From assembly GCF_000698785.1 (NCBI RefSeq), contig NZ_CP007536.1, positions 1,320,001-1,352,000 of the forward strand: a stretch of DNA of 32,000 bases, read 5' to 3'. The DNA is from Nitrososphaera viennensis EN76. Its GTDB lineage: Archaea > Thermoproteota > Nitrososphaeria > Nitrososphaerales > Nitrososphaeraceae. Positions within the stretch are counted from its first letter, which is position 1, and every line of letters begins with the position of its first letter. A program made the translations under genes and the position numbers. Shown in pieces: positions 24,618 through 32,000 of the stretch. The notes beneath the pieces were generated by a model that saw only the letters and a program-made list of their open reading frames with translations, ran no database searches and was not told the origin of the DNA.

Positions 24618-25496
24618 CTAGTAAAAGGTCACGCGGTTTTTTATCCTGCCCAGCTTTTCAATTTCCACTTCGACCACGTCGCCATGTTGCAGGTACTTTA
24701 CATGCGACGACAGTGAAAGCACGGTGCCGCTTGGCGTGCCAGTAGATATAATATCGCCCGGCTCTAATGTCATCACCTTGCTCAGGCTGTGTATTATCCT
24801 GTCTATTTTCAGGACAAGATTTTTTGTGGACGAGTCCTGCCGCACCTCGCCGTTTACTCGCGTTGTAAGGCGCAAGTCGCACGGGTCTGCGATCTCATCC
24901 CTAGTCGTGAGCCAAGGCCCGCAAGGCCCAAACGTGTCAAAGCCCTTGGCTCTGGTGTACTGCTTGTCGATGAACTGGACATCCCTTGCAGATATGTCGT
25001 TTATTACAAAATAGCCTGCCACGCATCCAAGAGCCGCCTCTTCTGATACGTTTCTGCATTCTTTGCCAATCACCACGGCAAGCTCACCCTCGTAATCCAG
25101 CTGGGTGACAGATTTTGGGCAGGCTATATCGTCAGCAGGCCCGCACAGGCTTGTCCGGGGCTTTAGGTAGATAACAGGGTCCTTGGGCGGGCTCTTGCCA
25201 AAGCGCACCCAGCTTGCCTGGTCCGAATAGTTGAAGGCAAGGCAGATTATCTTGAATGTCCGTCTTATAGGCGGGAGCAGACGGAACTCGTCCGGCTTGT
25301 GCACGTACGAGATTTTTTTTCCAGCCATCATCACTTTCTGGGCATAATCGCCAAACACGAAATCCTCAAGGGTCGTAGGGAGCTTGACGCCTGCCTGCCT
25401 TTCCACTTCGTCCCGCGTGGCCATGTTGCCGTCGCCCTCCGGGCTGACTAGCGCGTAGGTTTCACGACCACCTTTGGATATCCTTGCAATCTTCAT
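24618..25496 (-). CDS. fumarylacetoacetate hydrolase (FAH) family protein
   Basis: The listed ORF 24618..25898 is trimmed to ATG 25496 (MKIARISKGG...), because upstream codons overlap the transporter gene. FAH hallmarks: KIICLAFNY, LDYEGELAVVIGK, GYFVINDISARD, AKGFDTFGPCGPW, LEPGDIISTGTP. Confidence 0.9.
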   Translation of the reverse strand: MKIARISKGGRETYALVSPEGDGNMATRDEVERQAGVKLPTTLEDFVFGDYAQKVMMAGKKISYVHKPDEFRLLPPIRRTFKIICLAFNYSDQASWVRFGKSPPKDPVIYLKPRTSLCGPADDIACPKSVTQLDYEGELAVVIGKECRNVSEEAALGCVAGYFVINDISARDVQFIDKQYTRAKGFDTFGPCGPWLTTRDEIADPCDLRLTTRVNGEVRQDSSTKNLVLKIDRIIHSLSKVMTLEPGDIISTGTPSGTVLSLSSHVKYLQHGDVVEVEIEKLGRIKNRVTFY

Positions 25497-25555
25497 GTAT
25501 GCGTGCAGCCCAGCCCAGTTGTTCGTACTATTGCCACGACGTATTACGTAAACTT

Positions 25556-26998
25556 TTAACCAATTCTGAGCATCATGTCCACAAACAACACGACGCCTCC
25601 AACGGCTACAGTCATTATCATGAACGGGAACCCGACCCTCATAAAGTGGTTGAAGGATATCGCCTGACCGGCCTTTTCTGAAAGCCCGGTGGCAACCACA
25701 CCCGCGCTTGACCCTATCAGCGTGCCGTTCCCGCCGAGGCCTACCCCAAGCGAAAGGGCCCACCACAGCGGGCTTATTGCAAAGCTGCCAAACGCGGAGG
25801 CGATGCTTCCGTTCTGGTTCAGGACATGTATCAGCGGGATCATGGTCGCGGCAAAGGGTATGTTGTCGACAAACGCGCTGGCAATAGCGGACATCCATAT
25901 TATCAAAAAGAATGTCACAGGGGGTTCACCTCCCGTTATGCCAAGGGCCGTGTTTGCAAGGAGGTCTATCATCCCGGCGTGCTCGGCGCCGCTAATTATC
26001 ACAAAGAGCCCGGCAAAGAATATGAGAGTCGCCCAGTCCACGTCGTGGAACACCTTTTCCGGCTTGGCACGCGTGGCCACCAGCAGCACGCCTGCGCCGC
26101 CGAGGGCGATGAGCGACGGCTCTATGTGGAGGCTTCCGTGCACTACAAAGAGCGCGATGACACCGGCAAGCACTATTATCGATTTTTTCATGACGCCCCT
26201 GTCTGTTATCAGCGATTTTTCGTCCTGTGCCATGAGCTCGTCAAGGTTCTGGGGCTTTTGCGCAAGGTCCTTCCGGAAGAGGAACTTTAGCATGAACAGC
26301 GACGCGACAAGCGAGATGCCTATCGTGGGCCCCATGTGGAGCAGGAACGCGTTAAAGTCGATGTTTGCGGCAGAGCCGATGAGTATGTTTGGGGGGTCGC
26401 CTATGAGCGTGGCTGTCCCGCCCACGTTTGACGCAAGCACCTGTGCGAGTATAAACGGGACGGGGGAGAGCCGGAAGATCCTGAAAATAGAGATGGTTAT
26501 TGGCACCACCAGGAGCACGGTAGTCACGTTGTCTATGAACATCGAGGTGACCGCAGTAAAGACGCTCATCATGACGAGCAGCTTCCACATGTTGCCCTTT
26601 GACGCCTTGCTCATCTTGATGGCGAGGTACTGGAACACGCCCGTCTCGGCCATTATGGCCACGATTATCATCATCCCAAGCAACAGGCCGATTGTGTTAA
26701 AGTCGATGGCCCCCGTCACGAACTCAAAGCTCTCGCCTGTCTGAATGAGCCCGGTCGATATGATAATCATGATGGCTGCCGTGGCGCCGGCGAGCGCGAT
26801 TGCAGTCCTGTGGACTATTTCAAACGAGAGCATCACGTACACGGACAGGAGCACTATCGATGTCAGCTTTAATGGCAGGCTGATCGAAAGCCCCAAGGCA
26901 TCCGGCACTATCAGGACTATGGCGGAGAGTATGGCGACTAGTGCAAGGCCGATTACAGTCTTTTTCTTGTGAGCTGCACTTGCCTCCAGCAGGGCCAA
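25556..26998 (-). CDS. ArsB/NhaD-superfamily (CitMHS-type) anion/ion permease
   Basis: 480 aa, polytopic. Typical of this superfamily: FNTIGLLLGMMIIV, SMFIDNVTTVLLVVPIT, ASNVGGTATLIGDPPNILIG and a second-half repeat SAFVDNIPFAATMIP...GGNGTLIGSSAGVV. Confidence 0.85.
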   Translation of the reverse strand: MALLEASAAHKKKTVIGLALVAILSAIVLIVPDALGLSISLPLKLTSIVLLSVYVMLSFEIVHRTAIALAGATAAIMIIISTGLIQTGESFEFVTGAIDFNTIGLLLGMMIIVAIMAETGVFQYLAIKMSKASKGNMWKLLVMMSVFTAVTSMFIDNVTTVLLVVPITISIFRIFRLSPVPFILAQVLASNVGGTATLIGDPPNILIGSAANIDFNAFLLHMGPTIGISLVASLFMLKFLFRKDLAQKPQNLDELMAQDEKSLITDRGVMKKSIIVLAGVIALFVVHGSLHIEPSLIALGGAGVLLVATRAKPEKVFHDVDWATLIFFAGLFVIISGAEHAGMIDLLANTALGITGGEPPVTFFLIIWMSAIASAFVDNIPFAATMIPLIHVLNQNGSIASAFGSFAISPLWWALSLGVGLGGNGTLIGSSAGVVATGLSEKAGQAISFNHFMRVGFPFMIMTVAVGGVVLFVDMMLRIG

Positions 26999-27065
26999 CC
27001 TCTATTCACTGCCTCCGGTGATATATAGCCATGATCAGATTTTCCGTAGTTTACAGATATTCGAG

Positions 27066-27950
27066 CTAGCTGGTGTTTGGGAACGCTGATCTCACGCCTT
27101 CGATGAACTTTTTCGAGTCAGACACCCAGCCAAAGACCCCTCCCTGCATCTTGATCTGCTTTATAGCCGCCTGGTAGTTTCCATAGTCGGTTGCACCCGT
27201 GCCGTCCTTTAGCAAAAGGCACCAGTAGCCATAGTCGTTTGCCTCCCTCATGATGGTGTGGACACAGACGTCCGTCGTGATGCCTGTTATCACCAAGTGG
27301 GTTATGCCGAGGTTCTTTAGCAATAGCGGCATGTTGCTCTGGCCAAACGCGCCCTTGCCGGCCTTGTCTATCACGTACTCGCCCGGCACTGGATACAGGT
27401 CGTCGATGATGTCCCAGTTCTTTTCGCCCCGCGTAAGGAGCCGGCCAAGGCCGCCTTTTGGAATGTCGCCAATCCCGACACCGTCTCCTATTATCTTGCT
27501 CCGCAGCACCTTGTTGTACGGCGCGTCAGAGAGGTCTGGCAGGTGGCCCTCGCGAGTGTGTATCACCTTGATGTCAGTCCCGTTGCGGATGTTGTGAAGC
27601 ACGTAGTGTATCGGCTTTATCGGGGCAGACGTCAGCCCAAGGTCGTAGCCCATCACGTCCACGTAGCCCTTTGGCCCGCAAAAGTCGATTTGCATGTCGA
27701 TGCTGACAAACGCGGTGCGCGCGGAATCGAACTCGACCCACGCTTTGTCGCCAAAGCGCGGGCAGTCTTCCACCTCCACCTTGAACAGCTTGCCCCGCGG
27801 AGGCCCGTACAGCCACGTTGGGAACTTGAAGGTCTTCGTCTTCTTGAACTCTTCATAGTCCTTTTCCACCCTCTTCAATACCTCTTCCCTTGCTGCGGAA
27901 GTAAAGTCCCTGTTCGGGGTCGGCGGCTGCGGCATTTTTTCCTTGGTCAT
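27066..27950 (-). CDS. isochorismatase-family cysteine amidohydrolase (RutB-like)
   Basis: 294 aa. Asp in AFVSIDMQIDFC, Lys in VIDKAGKGAF, Cys in LVITGITTDVCVHTIM (the D-K-C triad layout). GYVDVMGYDL and the C-terminal GGVFGWVSDSKKF resemble E. coli RutB as I recall it. The ATG overlaps the permease stop (ATGA). Confidence 0.85.
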   Translation of the reverse strand: MTKEKMPQPPTPNRDFTSAAREEVLKRVEKDYEEFKKTKTFKFPTWLYGPPRGKLFKVEVEDCPRFGDKAWVEFDSARTAFVSIDMQIDFCGPKGYVDVMGYDLGLTSAPIKPIHYVLHNIRNGTDIKVIHTREGHLPDLSDAPYNKVLRSKIIGDGVGIGDIPKGGLGRLLTRGEKNWDIIDDLYPVPGEYVIDKAGKGAFGQSNMPLLLKNLGITHLVITGITTDVCVHTIMREANDYGYWCLLLKDGTGATDYGNYQAAIKQIKMQGGVFGWVSDSKKFIEGVRSAFPNTS

Positions 27951-29497
27951 TTGAATTGACTACTACCTCCTCCTCTGTATGACAAACTGGACCAGAATGG
28001 CGCTATAAACTCCACCAGCCGGTCGATCCTGCCGCTGGGGCTTACGTGGCCGCCGCTTGCCGCTGTCCCGCCTGGCGCAGAAGGCGTGTGCGGCTGGTCC
28101 GCAGTGCCTGCAGTCCAGTACGACGCGCTGGTGCCGAGGCCCTTTGGCGTAAGCCGGCCGCCCTTGGTATAGCCCGTGAGCTTGGCCACAAGCGGGTAGA
28201 CGCCGACGCCACCGATGAGGCCGCCCAGAACTGCAGGCAAGTCCGGCGCCACAAGCTGTATGGCTATTGCTATTGCAAGGCCCGCAAGGAACCCCGCGAC
28301 TGCTGGCCCGTTTATCTTTTTGTCACCCGCAGCCAAGAGCTCGTCCGGCGTGCACTTGCGCGCAACTATCCAAAAGTGGCCGATAAGTATGCCCCCTACC
28401 AAGGGGACGACCGACCCGAGGAGCAAGAGCCAAGGCACGATGCTGGTGAGTAGGTTTGCTGCAGCAACTGCTGTTCCGGCAATCATGACGATGATCGCCA
28501 TCTTTTTCCACGAAAAGCTGAGGCGCTTGCCAGAGATGTAGTATACTACGTTCTTGAAGCCCTGCGTCGCGTTGTACATGCACCCGTCGCACGTAGAGCC
28601 GTTGCTGGCCCACTGGATTATCATTATTGGTATGCCAAGCGCCAAGGTTCCAAGGCCAAAGAAAAAGTCCAGCTTGCCTGCGACTGCGGTGAATATGCCG
28701 CCCGTCATGAGCATGAGCATGTTGGCGGCCAGAAATGCCACCGCGATCACGCCCCAGGACTGCTTGACGCTCTTTGTCCACCGGTTAAAGTCGCCCGTCA
28801 TGGTCGCGCTCACGATGAAGGTTCCCACCGAGGCGGTAAAGCCCATCGCAAACGTCCACGGTTCGCCTATGGGCTGCGAGCTGAACAGGTTGCCGCCTGT
28901 TTCCACTCCCACAACGCTCACGATGGAGTAGATCATCCAGCCGGCAAGCGCGGTCACGGAGATGACGGCAAACCAGCCCATCCACGCCATGGCCCTGACT
29001 CCATAGACTGCAAACATGCCAAACACTATCGCAAAGACGCCCGCCCAAAAGCCGGTTGTCCCCAATATCCCGGGGAGTACCCCGCTTCCTGTCCCGGCGT
29101 TGAACGACTGGCCGCCGTACAGGCCCACCATCAGGTCGGCGGCAAGCCACGCCTGGAACGCGTACCAGCCGGTGACAAGGCCGGCAATCATCAGGACGGG
29201 CAGCGCGTACGCGTACCTTCCAAACGCGGCCTTGCACATCATTGGAAAGTTCAGTCCGAGCTTTGAGCTTTTATGCGCGATGAGCCCGGCATAGCCGAAC
29301 AGGAAGACCTGACCGGCGATGATTGCGACATAGCCCATCGGGGCTCCCAGGCCGCCCATTATCTGGCTCCCGATAAAGATGCAGATGTATGCGTAGGTAA
29401 ATCCGGCCCACACCAGCGTAGGTTTCATAAATCCAAGCCGCGCGTGCTCAGGCACAGGACGTTCAGCATATTCTTCCTGTTCCACCATATTTGTCAA
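27947..29497 (-). CDS. NCS1-family (purine/cytosine/uracil/hydantoin-type) permease
   Basis: 516 aa with a CodB-like N-terminal region (ERPVPEHARLGFMKPTLVWAGFTYAYICIFIGSQI...). 12-TM-like profile and a roughly 80-aa hydrophilic C-terminal tail. The listed start 29497 is TTG. ATG 29488 is the alternative. Confidence 0.85.
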   Translation of the reverse strand: MTNMVEQEEYAERPVPEHARLGFMKPTLVWAGFTYAYICIFIGSQIMGGLGAPMGYVAIIAGQVFLFGYAGLIAHKSSKLGLNFPMMCKAAFGRYAYALPVLMIAGLVTGWYAFQAWLAADLMVGLYGGQSFNAGTGSGVLPGILGTTGFWAGVFAIVFGMFAVYGVRAMAWMGWFAVISVTALAGWMIYSIVSVVGVETGGNLFSSQPIGEPWTFAMGFTASVGTFIVSATMTGDFNRWTKSVKQSWGVIAVAFLAANMLMLMTGGIFTAVAGKLDFFFGLGTLALGIPIMIIQWASNGSTCDGCMYNATQGFKNVVYYISGKRLSFSWKKMAIIVMIAGTAVAAANLLTSIVPWLLLLGSVVPLVGGILIGHFWIVARKCTPDELLAAGDKKINGPAVAGFLAGLAIAIAIQLVAPDLPAVLGGLIGGVGVYPLVAKLTGYTKGGRLTPKGLGTSASYWTAGTADQPHTPSAPGGTAASGGHVSPSGRIDRLVEFIAPFWSSLSYRGGGSSQFK

Positions 29498-29512
29498 GAA
29501 TTTTCATTCTTG
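29495..29512. promoter_or_regulatory. inverted repeat between TATA box and permease start (candidate operator)
   Basis: CAAGAAT-TTTC-ATTCTTG has perfect 7-bp arms. It sits between the TATA-like GCTTATATC (complement of 29518-29526) and the start codon region. Confidence 0.35.
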
Positions 29513-29580
29513 CGAACGATATAAGCCTGTTTCTTCTAATCTCATTGATGAAATATAAATCAATGATGTCAAAAAATAAC

Positions 29581-29600
29581 ATTTATGTAAATTTATGTAT
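29581..29600. repeat. tandem direct 10-bp repeat ATTTATGTA(A/T) x2
   Basis: ATTTATGTAA ATTTATGTAT read directly, 19 of 20 positions matching a perfect duplication. It lies in the 369-bp AT-rich spacer upstream of the permease operon. Confidence 0.6.
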
Positions 29601-29866
29601 TTTGTGATACATCAAGGTATTATGAAAAACGCCTACAAGTCATCTCAAAAATGGAATAATATCCACTGTCAAGCACAGAGATCTAGCCACCCAATTGACA
29701 AATGAGCATCGGCGTTTATCTGTGCATGGTTCAATTCCGTCTCGGGTCAGTTGGCGATTGAAAACAGCATATTGCGCAGTGGGAATTGCAATAGATCTGC
29801 AAAGTAATTACGTGCCATGTACGTTACTGTGCCAGATACGCATTAAAAAGATCAAAAAAATGCGCG

Positions 29867-30382
29867 CTAGCTGATGACTTTACTCTGTTTTGTGTCTTCA
29901 GACTCGACTTGCTCTTCCATCATTTCCTTGTACCGCTTTAGCTTTTCTTGAAGATCCGGATACTTTAATGCGAGGATCTGACACGCAAATACGCCGGCAT
30001 TGTACGCTGCGTTTATCCCCATCGTTCCCACAGGCACCCCGCGAGGCATTTGCGCTATGGAAAGGAAAGAATCCATGCCTCCATGCAAGGTGTCTCCTTT
30101 TAGAGGAACCCCGATCACCGGTATGGTCGTAAGCGAAGCTATCATCCCGGGCAGGTGCGCTGACCCTTCCCCTGTGGCGATTATCACTTCAATTCCCCGG
30201 GCATGGCATTCTGCCACGAACCTGATGGTTTTATGAGGGGACCTGTGTGCAGCCACTATGCGAGTTTCGCTTTTGATCCCAAAAGAGTCAAGAGCGACAG
30301 TCGCGTCTTTCACCTGCTCAAGCAGCCGGGGAGATGGCGAAACTACAGACACAAGTGGTCGTTTTTCATGCATCATATACAT
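29867..30382 (-). CDS. purE: PurE-like protein (N5-CAIR mutase family, class I-like)
   Basis: 171 aa. Matches PurE: IVAAHRSPHK (SAHRTP loop), ATGEGSAHLPGMIAS (AGGAAHLPGM loop), IPVIGVP, SIAQMPRGVPVGTM. The N-terminal GS-x-SD loop is replaced by VVSPSPRL. Confidence 0.8.
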   Translation of the reverse strand: MYMMHEKRPLVSVVSPSPRLLEQVKDATVALDSFGIKSETRIVAAHRSPHKTIRFVAECHARGIEVIIATGEGSAHLPGMIASLTTIPVIGVPLKGDTLHGGMDSFLSIAQMPRGVPVGTMGINAAYNAGVFACQILALKYPDLQEKLKRYKEMMEEQVESEDTKQSKVIS

Positions 30383-30605
30383 TTTGCAAAATTAGGACAC
30401 GAAGTATTAAGCCTAGTTGACATAGCGGGAGAAAAATCGCATAAATGGAATTATGGTCAGTTGTGTATTATAATAACGGCCGCCCAGAGAACGGTCCATG
30501 AATCAGCGAAATGGAATATTTTCATATATACTAACTTTTTCAAAAATTATGATATTTACTTATAAACATTCATCGCCGAACTACCCCTAATGGTGAGGTC
30601 CTGCA

Positions 30606-32000
30606 ATGAAGAAATCATCGCTCTATAATCCCAAGCTGACAATCAAGGACTTTGCAGAGCTTGTTTCTTCGCAAAGCATTTCGTGCGAGGAACTTACGGA
30701 GATAACGCTGGACAGGATCATGAAGCTGAACCCAAAGCTGAATGGCTTCATAACGATTCTGGAAGACTCGGCCAGGCGTGACGCCAGGGATGCAGATGCC
30801 TTGATCAGACAGGGCAAGTACAAGGGGCCGCTCCATGGTATACCCATAAGCCTCAAGGACCTCATCTATATGAAGGGCGCTAGGAGTACGAGCGGTTCCA
30901 AGATACTTGCGGATTTTGTGCCGGATTATGATTCAACAGTGGTGAGGAAGCTGAAGGAAGCCGGCGCAATAATAGTCGGGATGAACAACACCCACGAGTT
31001 TGCCTGTGGGATAACCAACATCAACCCGCACTACGGACCTTCAAAGAACCCCTGGGATGACAGCAGGATGTCCGGTGGCTCAAGCGGCGGCTCTGCAGTG
31101 GCAGTCAGCGCCGGCATGTCACTGGCGTCTATAGGCACCGACACTAGCGGTTCAATCAGAGTGCCGTCTTCCCTTTGTGGCGTATTTGGGCTCAAGCCCA
31201 CCTATGGTCGTGTGAGCAAGTACGGGGTAATGCCCCTTGCCCCATCAATAGACCATATCGGTCCAATATGCAGGAGCCCGTGGGACATTGCAGCAGTCAT
31301 GCAGCATATCGCAGGGTACGACAGCCATGACCCCGACAGTGCTAACGCACCTGTTCCCAGCTACACAGATGAAGTGGAAAAGACACAGGGGAAATTCCGC
31401 CTTGGCATCCCCAAGCAATTCTTCTTTGACATCATGGATCCAAAGGTCAAGCATGTATTCGACAGCTTTGTAGAAAGGGCGGAAAGCTACCAGATATCAT
31501 CATCTCGCGTCGACGTTGACGAGACCGACAAGATATACGAGACATGGCGGGCCATAAGGCTGGGCGAATCGGCTACAACCCACAGCGAATGGCTCCGGAC
31601 GCGGCATGACGACTATGGAAAGGATGTCGTAAAGATGCTTGATGATGGCCTCAAGATAACGGCTGTGCATTACATTAGCGCGCACAGGTGGCGCCAAGAA
31701 ATAAGAGAGGCCATCCTCAGAGCCATGAAGCCATATGACGCATTGCTTGTACCCACCACTGCAATTGCAGCTCCCCTGCTGAACCAGAGTACCGTGCACC
31801 TCGATGGCAAGGATATCGAGGTATACCCTGTCCTGAGCAGGCTGACCACGGTATTTGACGTGACTGGCCTCCCTGCGCTCAACGTTCCCGCCGGCTTGGT
31901 AGACAACAGGCTGCCGGTGGGCGTCCAGCTTGTTGGAAGGCCGTTTGACGAAGCGCGACTTCTCCAGATCGCAGAAAGGTACGATCAGCAATACCACGTT
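30606..32000 (+). CDS. amidase-signature (AS) family amidohydrolase, GatA-like; 3' end outside window
   Basis: Absent from the ORF track because there is no stop in the window. ATG 30606 opens 465 codons to nt 32000. Motifs: GPLHGIPISLKD (catalytic Lys), MSGGSSGGSAVAV, GTDTSGSIRVPSSLCGVFGLKPTYGRVS. Confidence 0.9.
   Translation, partial: MKKSSLYNPKLTIKDFAELVSSQSISCEELTEITLDRIMKLNPKLNGFITILEDSARRDARDADALIRQGKYKGPLHGIPISLKDLIYMKGARSTSGSKILADFVPDYDSTVVRKLKEAGAIIVGMNNTHEFACGITNINPHYGPSKNPWDDSRMSGGSSGGSAVAVSAGMSLASIGTDTSGSIRVPSSLCGVFGLKPTYGRVSKYGVMPLAPSIDHIGPICRSPWDIAAVMQHIAGYDSHDPDSANAPVPSYTDEVEKTQGKFRLGIPKQFFFDIMDPKVKHVFDSFVERAESYQISSSRVDVDETDKIYETWRAIRLGESATTHSEWLRTRHDDYGKDVVKMLDDGLKITAVHYISAHRWRQEIREAILRAMKPYDALLVPTTAIAAPLLNQSTVHLDGKDIEVYPVLSRLTTVFDVTGLPALNVPAGLVDNRLPVGVQLVGRPFDEARLLQIAERYDQQYHV

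Noticed and set aside
25497-25898. N-terminal 134 codons of the listed 426-aa ORF 24618..25898
   Set aside because: The FAH homology begins at MKIARISKGG (ATG 25496). The upstream part overlaps the 3' end of the permease gene in another frame and looks like non-coding read-through (Arg/Cys/His-rich).
25689-26744. 351-aa plus-strand ORF opposite the ArsB/NhaD permease
   Set aside because: It is a shadow ORF of a confidently assigned membrane transporter, with low-complexity Ser/Ala/Pro-rich translation.
29728-29738. GGTTCAATTCC, a tRNA T-loop-like string in the purE/permease spacer
   Set aside because: The flanking bases do not form a T stem (CATGG vs CCGTC), and no acceptor, D or anticodon arms can be drawn.
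31500-31997. 165-aa minus-strand ORF inside the amidase gene
   Set aside because: It is antisense to the open-ended amidase frame, which carries the GGSSGGS/GTDTSGSIR signature.
1-32000. Looked for CRISPR arrays, IS elements/transposases, integrases, rRNA genes, and toxin-antitoxin or known defence-system domains
   Set aside because: I found no repeat-spacer periodicity, no terminal inverted repeats flanking a transposase-like ORF, no recombinase motifs, and no nuclease/ATPase/defence signatures. The only RNA gene I can support is tRNA-Arg.

Overview
Archaeal chromosomal segment. Evidence: aEF-2, archaeal-type PurP, TatC/TatA, a tRNA without encoded CCA, and TATA-like boxes centred about 25-29 nt upstream of many start codons, implying leaderless or near-leaderless mRNAs. 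Gene content and composition suggest a Nitrososphaera-like ammonia-oxidising thaumarchaeon, but that is inference only. All family calls come from motif recognition by eye; no searches were run.

Layout: GC-rich conserved flanks bracket an AT-richer accessory stretch.
- Left flank (about 1-8.4 kb): tRNA-Arg, HxlR regulator, VOC protein, HEAT protein, tatC-tatA-purP, BFN nuclease, HAD phosphatase, msrA.
- Right flank (about 20.6-32 kb): ABM protein, aEF-2, MqnD-like protein, FAH hydrolase, ArsB/NhaD permease, an NCS1 permease + cysteine-hydrolase operon, purE, amidase.
- Accessory stretch (about 8.4-20.6 kb): exported or membrane-anchored proteins of unknown function, several mini zinc-finger ORFs (some below the 60-aa ORF-track cutoff), a frameshifted SDR gene and a very AT-rich TauD-like dioxygenase gene.

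No CRISPR array, rRNA, transposase, integrase or recognisable defence system was seen, and I cannot support a new multi-gene system.

Most interesting single observations:
1. A half-size deoxyhypusine-hydroxylase-like HEAT protein with two VRHEAA motifs.
2. A TIMP/NTR-like exported protein with a predicted N-terminal Cys.
3. A translationally coupled NCS1-permease / RutB-like amidohydrolase pair near an amidase, possibly an ammonia-releasing organic-N salvage locus.
4. An internally duplicated four-His membrane protein.
5. Two single-base homopolymer frameshifts (msrA, SDR).
6. Hidden mini zinc-finger ORFs.
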